Below, piece by piece: positions 18,804-27,618 of a stretch of 64,000 nt of DNA; within the stretch, counting starts at the first letter, position 1, and every line of letters begins with the position of its first letter. The stretch is from positions 686,980 to 750,979 of the forward strand of contig CAWBPM010000002.1 in the NCBI GenBank assembly GCA_963790825.1, written 5' to 3'. Both the position numbers and the translations under genes were made by a program. A model generated the notes under the pieces. The model saw only the letters and a program-made list of their open reading frames with translations. It was not told the DNA's origin and ran no database searches. The DNA comes from Candidatus Levyibacteriota bacterium. GTDB taxonomy: Bacteria; Patescibacteriota; Microgenomatia; Levybacterales; UBA12049.

Positions 18804-21086
18804 ATGATAAAACTTTGCAATAGAGTTATCGAATACTCCTTCTACGCACTCTTTCTTCTTGTTCCCTTGGTACTTAGTAATTCTACTTATGAACTTTTTG
18901 AATTCAATAAAATGTGGCTGACCTTTGCTCTTACCATTATTATCGCTCTGGCTTGGTTTACTAAAATGATTTTAACCCGCCAAATTCGTGTTCAGCGAAC
19001 TCCACTTGATATTCCTATCCTCCTCTTCCTGCTTTCCCAGATTATTTCAACTATTTTCTCTATGGATTCCCATCTATCCTTATGGGGGTACTACTCTCGC
19101 TTTAATGGCGGTTTACTTTCTACTATCTCATATATTTTTCTCTACTTCACATTTGTTTCCAATCTGCAATTTAAGCATGTGATGCGTAACCTTTTCGTGA
19201 GTCTTATTGCCGGATTTATAGTTGCCCTGTGGGGATTTCCTTCTCATTTCGGATATGATCCGACCTGCTATTTATTCCGGGGCAGTTTGGATGTATCCTG
19301 CTGGACTGATGCGTTTCAGCCGAAAGTACGCATTTTTTCAACGCTTGGGCAGCCGGATTGGTTGGCAGCTTATTTAGCCTTACTTATTCCACTTTCGGTC
19401 GCATACGCACTCAAAAAATATTTTACTATCCATTCGCATACAAAGCCATCACTTAAGTTTTTCCTAAGTCCGGTTTTTATCATGCTCTACATATTAACAC
19501 TGCTTTTTTATGTAGATTTAACTTTCACGTTAACAAAAGCCGGATTCGATGCTTTTTGGCTAGGCATTTTTATTTTTTGGATTATTCTTTTTATAAAACA
19601 AATTATCCCGAGAAACATTCTGCTTATATGTTTTAGTTTGTTTACACTTTCATTTCTTATACTGAATTTCTTCTTCGGCATTCCGATAGGAGAACTATAT
19701 AAGTTTACTTTGCCTGTTATCCAGGCTCAGCAGCAAGCGGCAAAAACAAATCCATCAACACAAGCGCAACCCGCTACTCCGGCTCAGTCTCAGGCAGCTG
19801 CTCCGGCCGGTGACTTAGGTAGCACTGACTCCGGGAAAATTCGTCTTTTTGTTTGGCAAGGAGCAATAGATGTGTGGAAAAATTATCCGTTATTTGGCTC
19901 GGGGGTGGAAACTTTCGCTTTCGCGTATTATAAGTACCGGCCTGTCGGACACAACGAGACTTCGGAATGGGATTTTCTTTATAATAAAGCACATAATGAA
20001 TATTTAAACTATTTAGCAACCACAGGAATATTCGGACTTGGAACGTATTTGGTTATTATCTTTCTGTTTCTTTATCTCACTTTTAAGCATCTTTTACAAA
20101 CAAAAGATGGGGATCATACTTCGTTGACGAAAAGTTTACTCATCACGGGACTTGTCGCCGGATATATTACTATACTTATTACTAACTTCTTTGGTTTCTC
20201 CGTGGTTATTATGAATGAGTATCTCTTTCTCATTCCGGTTTTTGTTTTTATTCTTGGCGGAATGCTACCCGATAAAGCATTGCTTTTTGATTTCGGAGTA
20301 CGTAGTAACAAATCGGAAGCGCGCACTTATCCCATTAATTCTAATAATTCACAGACTATTAATCTCTACCAATGGACGTTATTGCTGGTCGTTTTGCTTC
20401 TGGCACTATTCTCTTTGTTTAGTCTTTATCAATTTTGGGATGCTGACACCGCATATGCGTTGGGACATAACTTCGACCAGGTCGGACAGTATCAGCAAGG
20501 TTATGCCCCACTTTTGAAAGCAGTGAATGAACGCCCGGGAGAGCCGGTATTTAGTGACGAGTTATCAGTTAATAATGCTACGCTGGCTTTGGCTTTTTTC
20601 CAACAAAAAGATACAGCACAAGCAACAGATCTCGCAAATCGTGCAATAACGATTAGTAATCAGCTTCTCCAGTCCTATCCTAATAACATTGTCTTTTTGA
20701 AAAGCCGTGTCCGTGTTTTCTATGCTCTTTCCGAAATTAATTCGCAATATATCGCGTACGCACTGGATGCAATGCAGAGAGCCTCCGTATTGGCCCCGAC
20801 TGATGCAAAAATCTGGTATAACCTCGGTGTTTTATATGGCGAAACCGGACAAACACAAAAAGGCATTGATATTCTAAATAGAACTATTCAAATGAAACCT
20901 GATTACCAAGATGCTTATTTTGCTCTGGGCCTTTTTTATCATCAAGCAGCAGTTGACAAGAAAGGAGTTGTTATAAATCCGCCTTTACAAGCGAAGGCAA
21001 TAGGTATCCTTAAATATGTTTTAACCAACCTTAACTCAAATAATACACAAGTGAAAAAAACATTGAAAAGCTGGGGTGCCGTTTGA
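18804..21086 (+). CDS. O-antigen ligase (Wzy_C)-domain membrane protein with C-terminal TPR repeats
   Basis: 760 aa; about 12 TM helices, conserved ...GSGVETFAFAYYKYRP...YNKAHNEYLNYL (O-antigen ligase signature), and C-terminal TPR-like repeats (WYNLGVLYGETGQTQKGIDILNRTIQMKPDYQDAYFALG). Confidence 0.7.
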   Translation: MIKLCNRVIEYSFYALFLLVPLVLSNSTYELFEFNKMWLTFALTIIIALAWFTKMILTRQIRVQRTPLDIPILLFLLSQIISTIFSMDSHLSLWGYYSRFNGGLLSTISYIFLYFTFVSNLQFKHVMRNLFVSLIAGFIVALWGFPSHFGYDPTCYLFRGSLDVSCWTDAFQPKVRIFSTLGQPDWLAAYLALLIPLSVAYALKKYFTIHSHTKPSLKFFLSPVFIMLYILTLLFYVDLTFTLTKAGFDAFWLGIFIFWIILFIKQIIPRNILLICFSLFTLSFLILNFFFGIPIGELYKFTLPVIQAQQQAAKTNPSTQAQPATPAQSQAAAPAGDLGSTDSGKIRLFVWQGAIDVWKNYPLFGSGVETFAFAYYKYRPVGHNETSEWDFLYNKAHNEYLNYLATTGIFGLGTYLVIIFLFLYLTFKHLLQTKDGDHTSLTKSLLITGLVAGYITILITNFFGFSVVIMNEYLFLIPVFVFILGGMLPDKALLFDFGVRSNKSEARTYPINSNNSQTINLYQWTLLLVVLLLALFSLFSLYQFWDADTAYALGHNFDQVGQYQQGYAPLLKAVNERPGEPVFSDELSVNNATLALAFFQQKDTAQATDLANRAITISNQLLQSYPNNIVFLKSRVRVFYALSEINSQYIAYALDAMQRASVLAPTDAKIWYNLGVLYGETGQTQKGIDILNRTIQMKPDYQDAYFALGLFYHQAAVDKKGVVINPPLQAKAIGILKYVLTNLNSNNTQVKKTLKSWGAV

Positions 21087-21138
21087 TAATAAAAATACCG
21101 CTGGACATGACAAAAAGAACAGATTAAAATACTAAACT

Positions 21139-21693
21139 ATGCTGAAAATAGTTCAAGCACCGGATGACGCACTTGCGAAAAAAGCGAAAAGTATTGAAAA
21201 AATTGATAAAGTAATTCTCCGCCTTATTTCCGAAATGACAGAAACACTTATGCGGCAAAAAGATCCGGAAGGCGTTGGTCTGGCAGCACCTCAAGTGGGT
21301 AAATCATTACGACTTTTTTTAGTACGCCTTACTCCGAAGTCGCCTGTCCTTAGCTTTATTAATCCGGTGATGTCTGTTCCTCTTGGCACACCGCTAACTA
21401 ATGATAAAACAGCGAAGAAAGAGAAGTCAATGCAACTTGAAGGATGTTTGTCCTTGAATAATATTTGGGGCGTGGTGAAAAGATATGAGTCGATTATGCT
21501 ATCTTTTACTGATGAAAAAGGTAAATATCATAAAAAAAAGTTCTCGGGTTTTTTATCAACTGTCATTCAGCATGAATATGACCATCTGCAGGGAATCCTC
21601 TTTCCGAAGCGCGTTTTAGAACAAAACGGTAAATTATATAAAGCAGTACTAAATGAAAAGAGAGAAACCATTTTCGAAGAAATAGAGATATAA
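21139..21693 (+). CDS. def: peptide deformylase
   Basis: 184 aa with the three PDF motifs GVGLAAPQVG, EGCLS and HEYDHLQG. Confidence 0.85.
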   Translation: MLKIVQAPDDALAKKAKSIEKIDKVILRLISEMTETLMRQKDPEGVGLAAPQVGKSLRLFLVRLTPKSPVLSFINPVMSVPLGTPLTNDKTAKKEKSMQLEGCLSLNNIWGVVKRYESIMLSFTDEKGKYHKKKFSGFLSTVIQHEYDHLQGILFPKRVLEQNGKLYKAVLNEKRETIFEEIEI

Positions 21694-21715
21694 TTTTACT
21701 CTACCCCTTTACGCG

Positions 21716-22882
21716 TTAGTTGTTGTTAACAGTACACCGCAAGGCAGGGATAAACATATTTCTTAACCAACCCGGCATACGAGGATGATCGGCAATAAAT
21801 CTCACAGCGAACCTAGCAAACCACATCGGCATATGGCATTTATATGGGGGCGTAGGAGTCACCGACACATGAGGCGTAATTGATACAGGAGGCAAACATA
21901 CATATTTTATACCGATAGCATCACAATGCTCTCCGGGGCCGGTTTGTGTACAACCAAACTTTTCAGATTGACACGAAGTACCGGATGGACATGAATTTGT
22001 TGCTCCCGGTGTACAACCTACGGCTTGCGTCGGCGTTCCATTAACTGGCTGCGTTGGAATTGTAGTAGTATTATTACCTCCAGCTGGCGAGGTAGGCACA
22101 GGCGTCATCGTTGACGTTGGAGAAACTGGTGTAGTTGGTATCTGCGTCGGTGGAGGACAACCAAGACAAAATACAGGAGTTGTAGGCGTTGGAGCTTCAG
22201 TCGGTGTTGAAACAACAGTTGTCGGAGTTGGAGGAGCTGATGTTGGTCCCCCTTGACCTACGGTAATTACGGCAGGAACCGTTGAGGAGATAACGTTCTC
22301 GCTTGCGGAATCATTTGGACTTACAGAGAAAGCCTGCGTATTACTCGAGAAAGCGACTGGTGAATTAGTCACGTTACCTAAAGCCGTAAGACTAAGTGTT
22401 CCTAGTGTGGCTGTTTGTTGGATTGCTTTGGTTGGGTCATTACCTACCGACAAAACCACCTGCACCTTACCCGTACTATAAATAGGACCCTCCAAAACCG
22501 TCGAGAAGGCTGCGCTATTCGGAACAAATGCAGTAGCACTGGTCGGCTGGAAATAAGTCGGATTATAGGTAATTTCCAATTTTACGAGAGATACCTCGTT
22601 CGTTCCGGGATTAAGTGTGATTGTTAACGGAATAACATCACCGATGTTTGAGTTAACCGCAGCAGGAGAGAATACAAGTGATGTCGCTGCTGTGGCATTA
22701 CTTTGGTATTGCTGCTGCATACGGGCTGCAGAAACTGCCAGAAGAATCACAAAAACTACAACGGCAACAACTAGGACAATGTAAAATTCTTTCCGAAGAT
22801 AAAGCGGCTTCTTTCGAGATGATACTGTTGCCTTTTTTTTCATAGCTGTGGCTGCTTTTTTCTTTTTATGACGGCTCGGCAT
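21716..22882 (-). CDS. hypothetical membrane-anchored surface protein (Thr/Pro-rich linker, Cys-rich C-terminal domain)
   Basis: 388 aa; basic N-terminus plus TM helix, beta-rich domain, TPTPTT/PTSP low-complexity linker, and a C-terminal region with 10 Cys; it sits between def and fmt on the opposite strand. Confidence 0.5.
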   Translation of the reverse strand: MPSRHKKKKAATAMKKKATVSSRKKPLYLRKEFYIVLVVAVVVFVILLAVSAARMQQQYQSNATAATSLVFSPAAVNSNIGDVIPLTITLNPGTNEVSLVKLEITYNPTYFQPTSATAFVPNSAAFSTVLEGPIYSTGKVQVVLSVGNDPTKAIQQTATLGTLSLTALGNVTNSPVAFSSNTQAFSVSPNDSASENVISSTVPAVITVGQGGPTSAPPTPTTVVSTPTEAPTPTTPVFCLGCPPPTQIPTTPVSPTSTMTPVPTSPAGGNNTTTIPTQPVNGTPTQAVGCTPGATNSCPSGTSCQSEKFGCTQTGPGEHCDAIGIKYVCLPPVSITPHVSVTPTPPYKCHMPMWFARFAVRFIADHPRMPGWLRNMFIPALRCTVNNN

Positions 22883-22993
22883 AGTTTACTATTCTTTCCA
22901 ATAATTAAGCTTATCCATATTTTGTCTTTCTTGTCAAGATCTAATTTGAAAGTAATTCTTTCACTCCTAAGGATTCCGTGATATAAATAGATC

Positions 22994-23851
22994 ATGAAAT
23001 TCAAGATTGTTTTTCTCGGTAACACTAAATATTCAACCATTGTCGAAAACCACTTGTTAAAACATTTCGGCCTAACTGCTGTCATTACTTTACCCGATCA
23101 GCCCCAGGGAAGAAAAAAAGTTTTGACGCCTACGCCCGTAAAAGCTCTCGCGCAAGCAAATAATGTTCCTGTGATTAGCGCTCGAAAATTAACCGAGGAT
23201 GTTATCCAGCAAATACAACGTCTGGAGCTGGACTTTCTGGTTGTCGCGGATTATGGATTAATTCTGCCTGTTACCCTTCTGGCAATACCTAAAGCCGCAC
23301 CTTTAAATGTTCATCACTCATTGCTGCCTAAATATAGAGGGCCTGCCCCGGCGCCTTCAGTTATTTTAGCCGGCGAAAAGACCTCCGGCGTTACTATTAT
23401 TAAAATGGTGAAAGAGATTGATGCCGGTGATATTTTGGCCCAAAAGATATATACGCTCTCATCTAAAGAAACCACTGATTCGCTTTTACGCAAACTTAAT
23501 ACATTAGGAGCGGAAATTATCGTACCTGTTATTGAAAATTTCCAAGGTCATAAGCAAAAAGCGCTGGCTCAAGACGCTAGGCAAGCTACTTTTACGAAGT
23601 ATCTTAAGAAACAGGACGGTTTTATAGATTTACAAAGTCCCCTAACTCCAGAAGAATTCGACCGGATGGTAAGAGCTTATTTTCCCTGGCCTACTGTTTG
23701 GACCAGGCTAAAAATTGGGAGCAGCGAAAAAATAGTCAAGTTTTTGCCCGAAAAAATACTGCAAGTAGAAGGTAAACAGCAGACATCTCTCAAAGATTTC
23801 CTAAATGGATACCCCAAGCTTCGTCCGCTTATTGAGCCACTATTTACATAG
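22994..23851 (+). CDS. fmt: methionyl-tRNA formyltransferase
   Basis: 285 aa; formyltransferase N-domain with HHSLLPKYRGPAP (the HxSLLPxxRG motif) and a C-terminal domain. Confidence 0.8.
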   Translation: MKFKIVFLGNTKYSTIVENHLLKHFGLTAVITLPDQPQGRKKVLTPTPVKALAQANNVPVISARKLTEDVIQQIQRLELDFLVVADYGLILPVTLLAIPKAAPLNVHHSLLPKYRGPAPAPSVILAGEKTSGVTIIKMVKEIDAGDILAQKIYTLSSKETTDSLLRKLNTLGAEIIVPVIENFQGHKQKALAQDARQATFTKYLKKQDGFIDLQSPLTPEEFDRMVRAYFPWPTVWTRLKIGSSEKIVKFLPEKILQVEGKQQTSLKDFLNGYPKLRPLIEPLFT

Positions 23852-23925
23852 TCACATCTACATTTTGTCAGGACTAAACGGCAAAAAGCCAGGGGTAAAA
23901 ATTAATACGGTAGAAAATAAGTAGA

Positions 23926-24150
23926 TTATACAGCGACAGCCTGAGAAGTCTTTGCGTTACGTGCTGCTTCAAGTCGTTTATACATTCTTTGGCATTTTGT
24001 ACAGAGTCTTCGGGTCTCCCGCATTGTCCCCACGAGAATCCGCGCTGAATGAAGATTCGGTTTAAAAGTTCTGTTGGTCCGGTTTTTTGCATGGGACACA
24101 TTATGCCCGAACATAACACCTTTTCCGCAATTATCACATTGCAATGCCAT
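23926..24150 (-). CDS. rpmB: 50S ribosomal protein L28
   Basis: MALQCDNCGKGVMFGHNVSHAKNRTNRTFKPNLH... matches the L28 family. The ORF track extends to a TTG at 24156; ATG at 24150. Confidence 0.75.
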   Translation of the reverse strand: MALQCDNCGKGVMFGHNVSHAKNRTNRTFKPNLHSARILVGTMRETRRLCTKCQRMYKRLEAARNAKTSQAVAV

Positions 24151-24225
24151 AGACAATTTTCCTCTTTGTTAGTATACTAAAAACTAATCGGAATTACAAA
24201 TCCCAATCTACTGCCTTAATTTTTT

Positions 24226-24894
24226 ATGGAAATTGCAACAAATCCATTATTTTTGGGTCTTTTGAGTATTATCATTTTAATTTTTTCAGCAATTTTTCAC
24301 GAGATTGCGCATGGTTACGTCGCAGAGCAGCTTGGCGATCCGACAGCCAGACTCATGGGGCGGTTGACCCTGGATCCCAGAAAACACATCGATCCGTTTA
24401 TGAGTATTCTTCTGCCTCTTATGCTCATTCTCTCAGGCTCTCCTGTAATTTTTGGCGGAGCAAAGCCGGTACCGATTGATCCGTTTAATTTAAAAGAGGG
24501 CAGAAAAGATATCGCGCTTGTTTCTTTGTCCGGACCACTAACAAATGTAATTATTGCTATTATTGCCGCTGTACTTTTTCGGGTTTTATTTCCCCATCCG
24601 CTCATGGAAATTACAAATCCTGCAGTTTATCTTTTTGGCTATATCTTACTAACTATTGCAAGGATTAATGTGCTTTTGGCAATTTTTAATTTAATCCCGA
24701 TTCCTCCACTTGACGGCTCAAAAGTATTTGCTCTTATTCTGCCTGAAGAAATGGCCGCAGTATATCTCGGACTTTCTTCAGTCGGCATGCTACTTCTTTT
24801 CTTTCTGCTTTTTTTCCCAATCGGTTCATTTTCTTTACAAACACTTATTTCTGACGTCTACGGCTTTAGTTTATCGCTTCTTGGCTTACCGTAA
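24226..24894 (+). CDS. site-2 protease (M50) family membrane metalloprotease
   Basis: 222 aa, polytopic; HEIAH zinc-binding HExxH inside a TM helix, LDGS-like motif (PPLDGSKV). Confidence 0.65.
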   Translation: MEIATNPLFLGLLSIIILIFSAIFHEIAHGYVAEQLGDPTARLMGRLTLDPRKHIDPFMSILLPLMLILSGSPVIFGGAKPVPIDPFNLKEGRKDIALVSLSGPLTNVIIAIIAAVLFRVLFPHPLMEITNPAVYLFGYILLTIARINVLLAIFNLIPIPPLDGSKVFALILPEEMAAVYLGLSSVGMLLLFFLLFFPIGSFSLQTLISDVYGFSLSLLGLP

Positions 24895-24906
24895 TAACGC
24901 AACATT

Positions 24907-25230
24907 TTAACGTGTTATTACCGAGAGTTCACTATATACATTGATTTTACCATTTACCCGGTCATATACTATAAATGCTCTTTGGTATTCGAGAAAGTTG
25001 GGATATTTTTTCTCTACAAGAATTAAACCTGAGGTACTCCGATCTAATATCGGGGAATGAGGTGCATTTTGTTCCGCTGTGGCGGGATAAATAACCTTCC
25101 TGTTACACTTCGGGAAAACTAACAACATTTCTCGATATCTAAAGAGTGTACTTATTGAAGCTCCGGCAAATTTATGCTGGAGAATTTTAATAAATTTTAT
25201 CGGAGCTGAAATCCAGCGAAGTTTTGTCAT
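24907..25230 (-). CDS. hypothetical protein
   Basis: 107-aa ORF with an ATG start, no recognisable motif. Confidence 0.35.
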   Translation of the reverse strand: MTKLRWISAPIKFIKILQHKFAGASISTLFRYREMLLVFPKCNRKVIYPATAEQNAPHSPILDRSTSGLILVEKKYPNFLEYQRAFIVYDRVNGKINVYSELSVITR

Positions 25231-25375
25231 CCGTAGCCACGTTTAGTTTCATGAATGTGGCGGAGGATGAAGCGAAGGCAGATTAAAACCATACTTTACT
25301 AGTGTGGTTTTTTTGTTGCAAACTTGTAAGTTGCGTAGATTTAGTCAGGTTTGATAGAATAAGCCATATCTGCCA

Positions 25376-25447
25376 GCCGACATAGCTCAGTGGTAGAGCA
25401 ACACTTTTGTAAAGTGAAGGTCGAGGGTTCAAATCCCCCTGTCGGCT
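25376..25447 (+). tRNA. tRNA-Thr (anticodon TGT)
   Basis: GCCGACA-TA-GCTC-AGTGGTA-GAGC...anticodon loop TTTGTAA...T-arm GAGGG-TTCAAAT-CCCCC...TGTCGGC; acceptor pairs perfectly; one A.A mismatch at the top of the anticodon stem. Confidence 0.75.
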
Positions 25448-25471
25448 CAAAAAAATGATATAATACTCGAT

Positions 25472-25886
25472 ATGGGTTTGTGCCTAGTTTGTAGCAGAAA
25501 ACCAAATAGGTCTTCCTATAAATACTGCTCAAATAAATGCCAACGTAATTATCAGTATCAAGAATATATCAGAAAATGGAAACTGGGGTTAGTAACTGGA
25601 GAAAGAGGCGTAGTTACTAAAAAATATTTCTAATCATGTTAAAAGATATCTTGTTGAAAAATATGGAGAACAATGTTTTCTATGTAAGTGGAATAAAAAG
25701 CATCCAGTAACGGGAAAAGTACCATTAGAGATAGATCATATAAATGGAAACGCTGAGGATAATCGCGAAGAAAACTTACGATTGATCTGCCCAAATTGCC
25801 ATGCATTGAGTTTAAATTTTAGAAATTTGAATAAAGGTAATGGGAGATATTGGAGAAAGATAAAATATATAAAAAATGTAATTTAG
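25472..25886 (+). pseudogene. HNH endonuclease, frameshifted (N-terminal Zn-ribbon part and C-terminal HNH core in different frames)
   Basis: Frame A 25472-25633 gives MGLCLVCSRKPNRSSYKYCSNKCQRNYQ...KKYF*. A frame open from 25614 to 25886 gives ...CFLCKWNKKHPVTGKVPLEIDHINGNAEDNREENLRLICPNCH... (complete HNH motif) but has no ATG. The frames overlap at an A6 run (25618-25623). Confidence 0.5.
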
Positions 25887-25893
25887 GATTCTT

Positions 25894-25977
25894 GCTGGGT
25901 TCGCATAGCGGCAATTGCATCTGGCTGTAGACCAGACGGTCGAAAGGCCTACGGGGGTTCGAGTCCCTCACCCAGCA
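25894..25977 (+). tRNA. tRNA-Tyr (anticodon GTA), type II with long variable arm
   Basis: Acceptor GCTGGGT/ACCCAGC, anticodon stem TCTGG/CCAGA with loop CTGTAGA, long variable arm, T-arm GGGGG-TTCGAGT-CCCTC. Confidence 0.8.
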
Positions 25978-26076
25978 CTGATATGCGGCGCTTACTTTGG
26001 CTTGCAAAAATGCTTCGCCAAAGAGCACTATATCAGTTGCAGGCATAGAAATTGTATATTGTTTCATTGTATGCTG

Positions 26077-26148
26077 CCGGCTTGGCTCAGTGGTAGAGCA
26101 AGTCATTGGTAATGACTAGATCGTGGGTCCGATTCCCACAGCCGGCTC
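26077..26148 (+). tRNA. tRNA-Thr (anticodon GGT)
   Basis: GCCGGCT-TG-GCTC-AGTGGTA-GAGC-A-AGTCA-TTGGTAA-TGACT-AGATC-GTGGG-TCCGATT-CCCAC-AGCCGGC-T; all stems pair. Confidence 0.85.
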
Positions 26149-26327
26149 AACTAATAACTTGCATATTATGGACCAGGATTACATCTTCAATTCACGAAAC
26201 ATTTGTGCTAAAATGTGAGGTAGTCGTTAAGAAGTTGTATGGTTTTGCGAGAACATTAAAAGAAAATTCTCATTAAGTTTAGTTTAGGCATTGAGTCTTA
26301 AGTATTTAATTTTTAGTTTTAAGTTAT

Positions 26328-26501
26328 ATGGCAAAAGCAGAACACAGAATCATTATTGGTCTTGTTTGTCCAATTTGTAAAAACCGGAATTATGTTTCGC
26401 AGAAAAATAAGCTTGAAACACCGGAAAAGTTGGTGTTAAAGAAATTCTGCAAGCATTGCCGTAAAGTAACGGAGCACAAGGAAACAGAGAAACTCAAATA
26501 G
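26328..26501 (+). CDS. rpmG: 50S ribosomal protein L33
   Basis: 57 aa MAKAEHRIIIGLVCPICKNRNYVSQKNKLETPEKLVLKKFCKHCRKVTEHKETEKLK with the L33 C4 zinc-ribbon pattern; too short for the ORF track. Confidence 0.8.
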   Translation: MAKAEHRIIIGLVCPICKNRNYVSQKNKLETPEKLVLKKFCKHCRKVTEHKETEKLK

Positions 26502-26599
26502 TATTCAGTAACTTGTATTATGTATCATGCATAACTACAAAAAAAACTCACCCACTCCTTTATACTTAATACAAAATACCTTATACTTAATACAAATCT

Positions 26600-26673
26600 A
26601 GGGGTGTGGTGAAACGGTATCACAGCAGTCTCCAAAACTGCTTTTCACGGTTCGAATCCGTGCACCCCTGCCA
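26600..26673 (+). tRNA. tRNA-Trp (anticodon CCA), CCA encoded
   Basis: AGGGGTG-TG-GTGA-AACGGTA-TCAC-A-GCAGT-CTCCAAA-ACTGC-TTTT-CACGG-TTCGAAT-CCGTG-CACCCCT-G-CCA; classic position after rpmG. Confidence 0.85.
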
Positions 26674-27020
26674 TGAAGGATGCGCTGAGAAGAGAAAAGT
26701 ATTTTAAAACAAACCCAGGTAAAAAAACTCTTAAATTAATGTTGCGCGAATTCCATGAATCTTCTCCTAAGGCACTTGGATAGATATTGAGGGCCAAGTG
26801 ACTGTGTATTCCAAAATTCAACTATCCTCCCCTCTTTTCCTTTCCTAAAATGGTCACCATTGAATTCACATTTTAGCTTGATTTGGCGACCCGTTCACCA
26901 TTTTGACCATTTAAATGGTGGTTTTCAAAGCTACCCAGCCTCAAGCAAACCATTTTAACCTGTTTAACCTTAAATTTTATACACTCACAAACGGATTCGA
27001 GCCTCTGTTATAATCTGTTT

Positions 27021-27449
27021 ATGAACGATCTAAATTTTATCGTCACGGAAGGTGAGCCAAAACCGGAAGATTTCAAAGCCCTCTCTACGGGTCTTCTCTC
27101 TCACCATGCCAGTCATTGCCACATAAGAACATGGGAGAAATATTGTATATTTCTAAAAGATAAACAAGGTAAAGCACACGCAGGCATTATTGTTACATTT
27201 TTATGGAATGGCATGCATATCGATTCCCTGTGGGTAGATGAATCGATTCGAGAACAAGACTTCGGAAGTCAACTTATGCTGATGGCGGAAGACGAAGCAC
27301 GGAAAAGAAATTGTACTATAGCGTATACAGATACTTTTTCCTGGCAAGCACCTGGTTTTTATGAAAAACTCGGATATACTCTTTATGGAAAACTTGAAGA
27401 CTTTCCGGAGGATAATGCATTAAGCTACTACAGTAAAAAGCTGACATAG
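27021..27449 (+). CDS. GNAT family N-acetyltransferase
   Basis: 142 aa with a GNAT fold pattern (…IAYTDTFSWQAPGFYEKLGYTLYGKL…); TGTTATAAT -10-like element just upstream. Confidence 0.65.
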   Translation: MNDLNFIVTEGEPKPEDFKALSTGLLSHHASHCHIRTWEKYCIFLKDKQGKAHAGIIVTFLWNGMHIDSLWVDESIREQDFGSQLMLMAEDEARKRNCTIAYTDTFSWQAPGFYEKLGYTLYGKLEDFPEDNALSYYSKKLT

Positions 27450-27618
27450 TTCCTAACTTCAGACGAATTGAAAAACAATTCGTTCCTACAAATTTACATA
27501 ACCGTGTAAAATATATTTCATCATGCCCGTATTATAAAAGATTAGGTAATGGTTGCGCAAAAAGCCCTTGTTTTTTACCTTCCATTTCCCTATACTCCTT
27601 TTGCTAATTTAAAATACT

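Noticed and set aside
25341-26112. ORFs 25341..25532(-), 25819..26106(-), 25915..26112(+)
   Set aside because: They overlap tRNA-Thr, tRNA-Tyr, tRNA-Thr(GGT) and the HNH frames on the wrong strand; artefacts.
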